This document shows, piece after piece, positions 63,330 to 64,000 of a stretch of DNA of 64,000 nucleotides (its first letter is position 1; the number at the start of each line of letters is the position of its first letter). This DNA comes from Felis catus (taxonomy: Eukaryota), in the NCBI RefSeq assembly GCF_018350175.1, contig NC_058368.1, forward strand, positions 74,154,001 through 74,218,000, written 5' to 3'. Below the pieces are notes generated by a model that made no database searches, was not told where the DNA came from, and saw nothing but the letters and a program-made list of their open reading frames with translations. A program made the translations under genes and the position numbers.

Positions 63330-64000
63330 TCATTTCTGTTATTTATGAATATTTTCATAACATGAGAAAAATATTGGCCATATACAAAGCCTAAAATTAG
63401 AAATATGCAATTAAATAAAAATTATCAATTATCAATTATAGAAATCATTTTATACTCAAGCTCAGTGCAAGTCCTTTAATTACAATATTATCAGAATCAT
63501 CACTGACACAAAAATGAATGAACATCCATATTTACTAAGAAGAATCTTTTCTGTTGAACTAGGTATAGGGAGATATGTGAACTTCACCTCTCCTTCCAAA
63601 GGAGTAAATAGCCAATGTTCGCTTTTTAAAACTATACCAGGAGAGTGTATAAAGTAATGCATTTCCTAATACATGTGTATCTGTGCAGGTCTCGGTACAG
63701 TGGTGAACATAGATACTGCTTCTCGCCATGAGTAGAAGATAACGGAAGTGTTAAGTAAGTGGTTTCTTCTAGAAATTATAGAGCTGAAAGACTTAATTTA
63801 TTTCTGTCTTTGGATAAGCCACACTGCTTCTGTTATGAATCTCACATCTTGCATGTGTGCATTTGCAAAAATCATTGAGTATGTTTTCTTATTTATGCTC
63901 ATTGGAATGAAGTGTTGGAAAATAGCTCCAATATTTTCAACATAGTCTTCTTCACATTTCAAGCCTTTCTATCACTTGAGAAAATTGACTTTTAGCTATA

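Noticed and set aside
1..64000. Prokaryotic-type system (operon, CRISPR-Cas, defence island)
   Set aside because: The DNA is carnivore nuclear sequence; no ORF exceeds 135 aa and there is no repeat-spacer array

Overview
This is mammalian nuclear DNA from a cat-family (felid) carnivore, not a prokaryote. I count 36 tRNA-derived CanSINEs plus felid-type L1 3' ends, older L1/L2/MIR fragments, MaLR/ERVL/ERV1-type LTRs, Tigger and MER58 DNA-transposon relics and microsatellites. Nearly all ORFs in the supplied track are chance frames in repeats or AT-rich DNA. Two gene-derived relics are recognisable: a 60-nt, 3'-truncated, tailless U3 snoRNA copy nested in a SINE tail (7012-7071), and a frameshifted AURKA last-exon/3'UTR fragment (minus strand, ~55385-56014). 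At ~57-60 kb three good minus-strand splice acceptors, each readable in the same phase to a short C-terminus, suggest the alternatively spliced 3' end of a gene I cannot name. I found no convincing new biological system. The best leads are retrotransposition-junction oddities and this candidate gene end. Repeat family names come from recall of consensus sequences, not from a search, and boundaries of old repeats are approximate.
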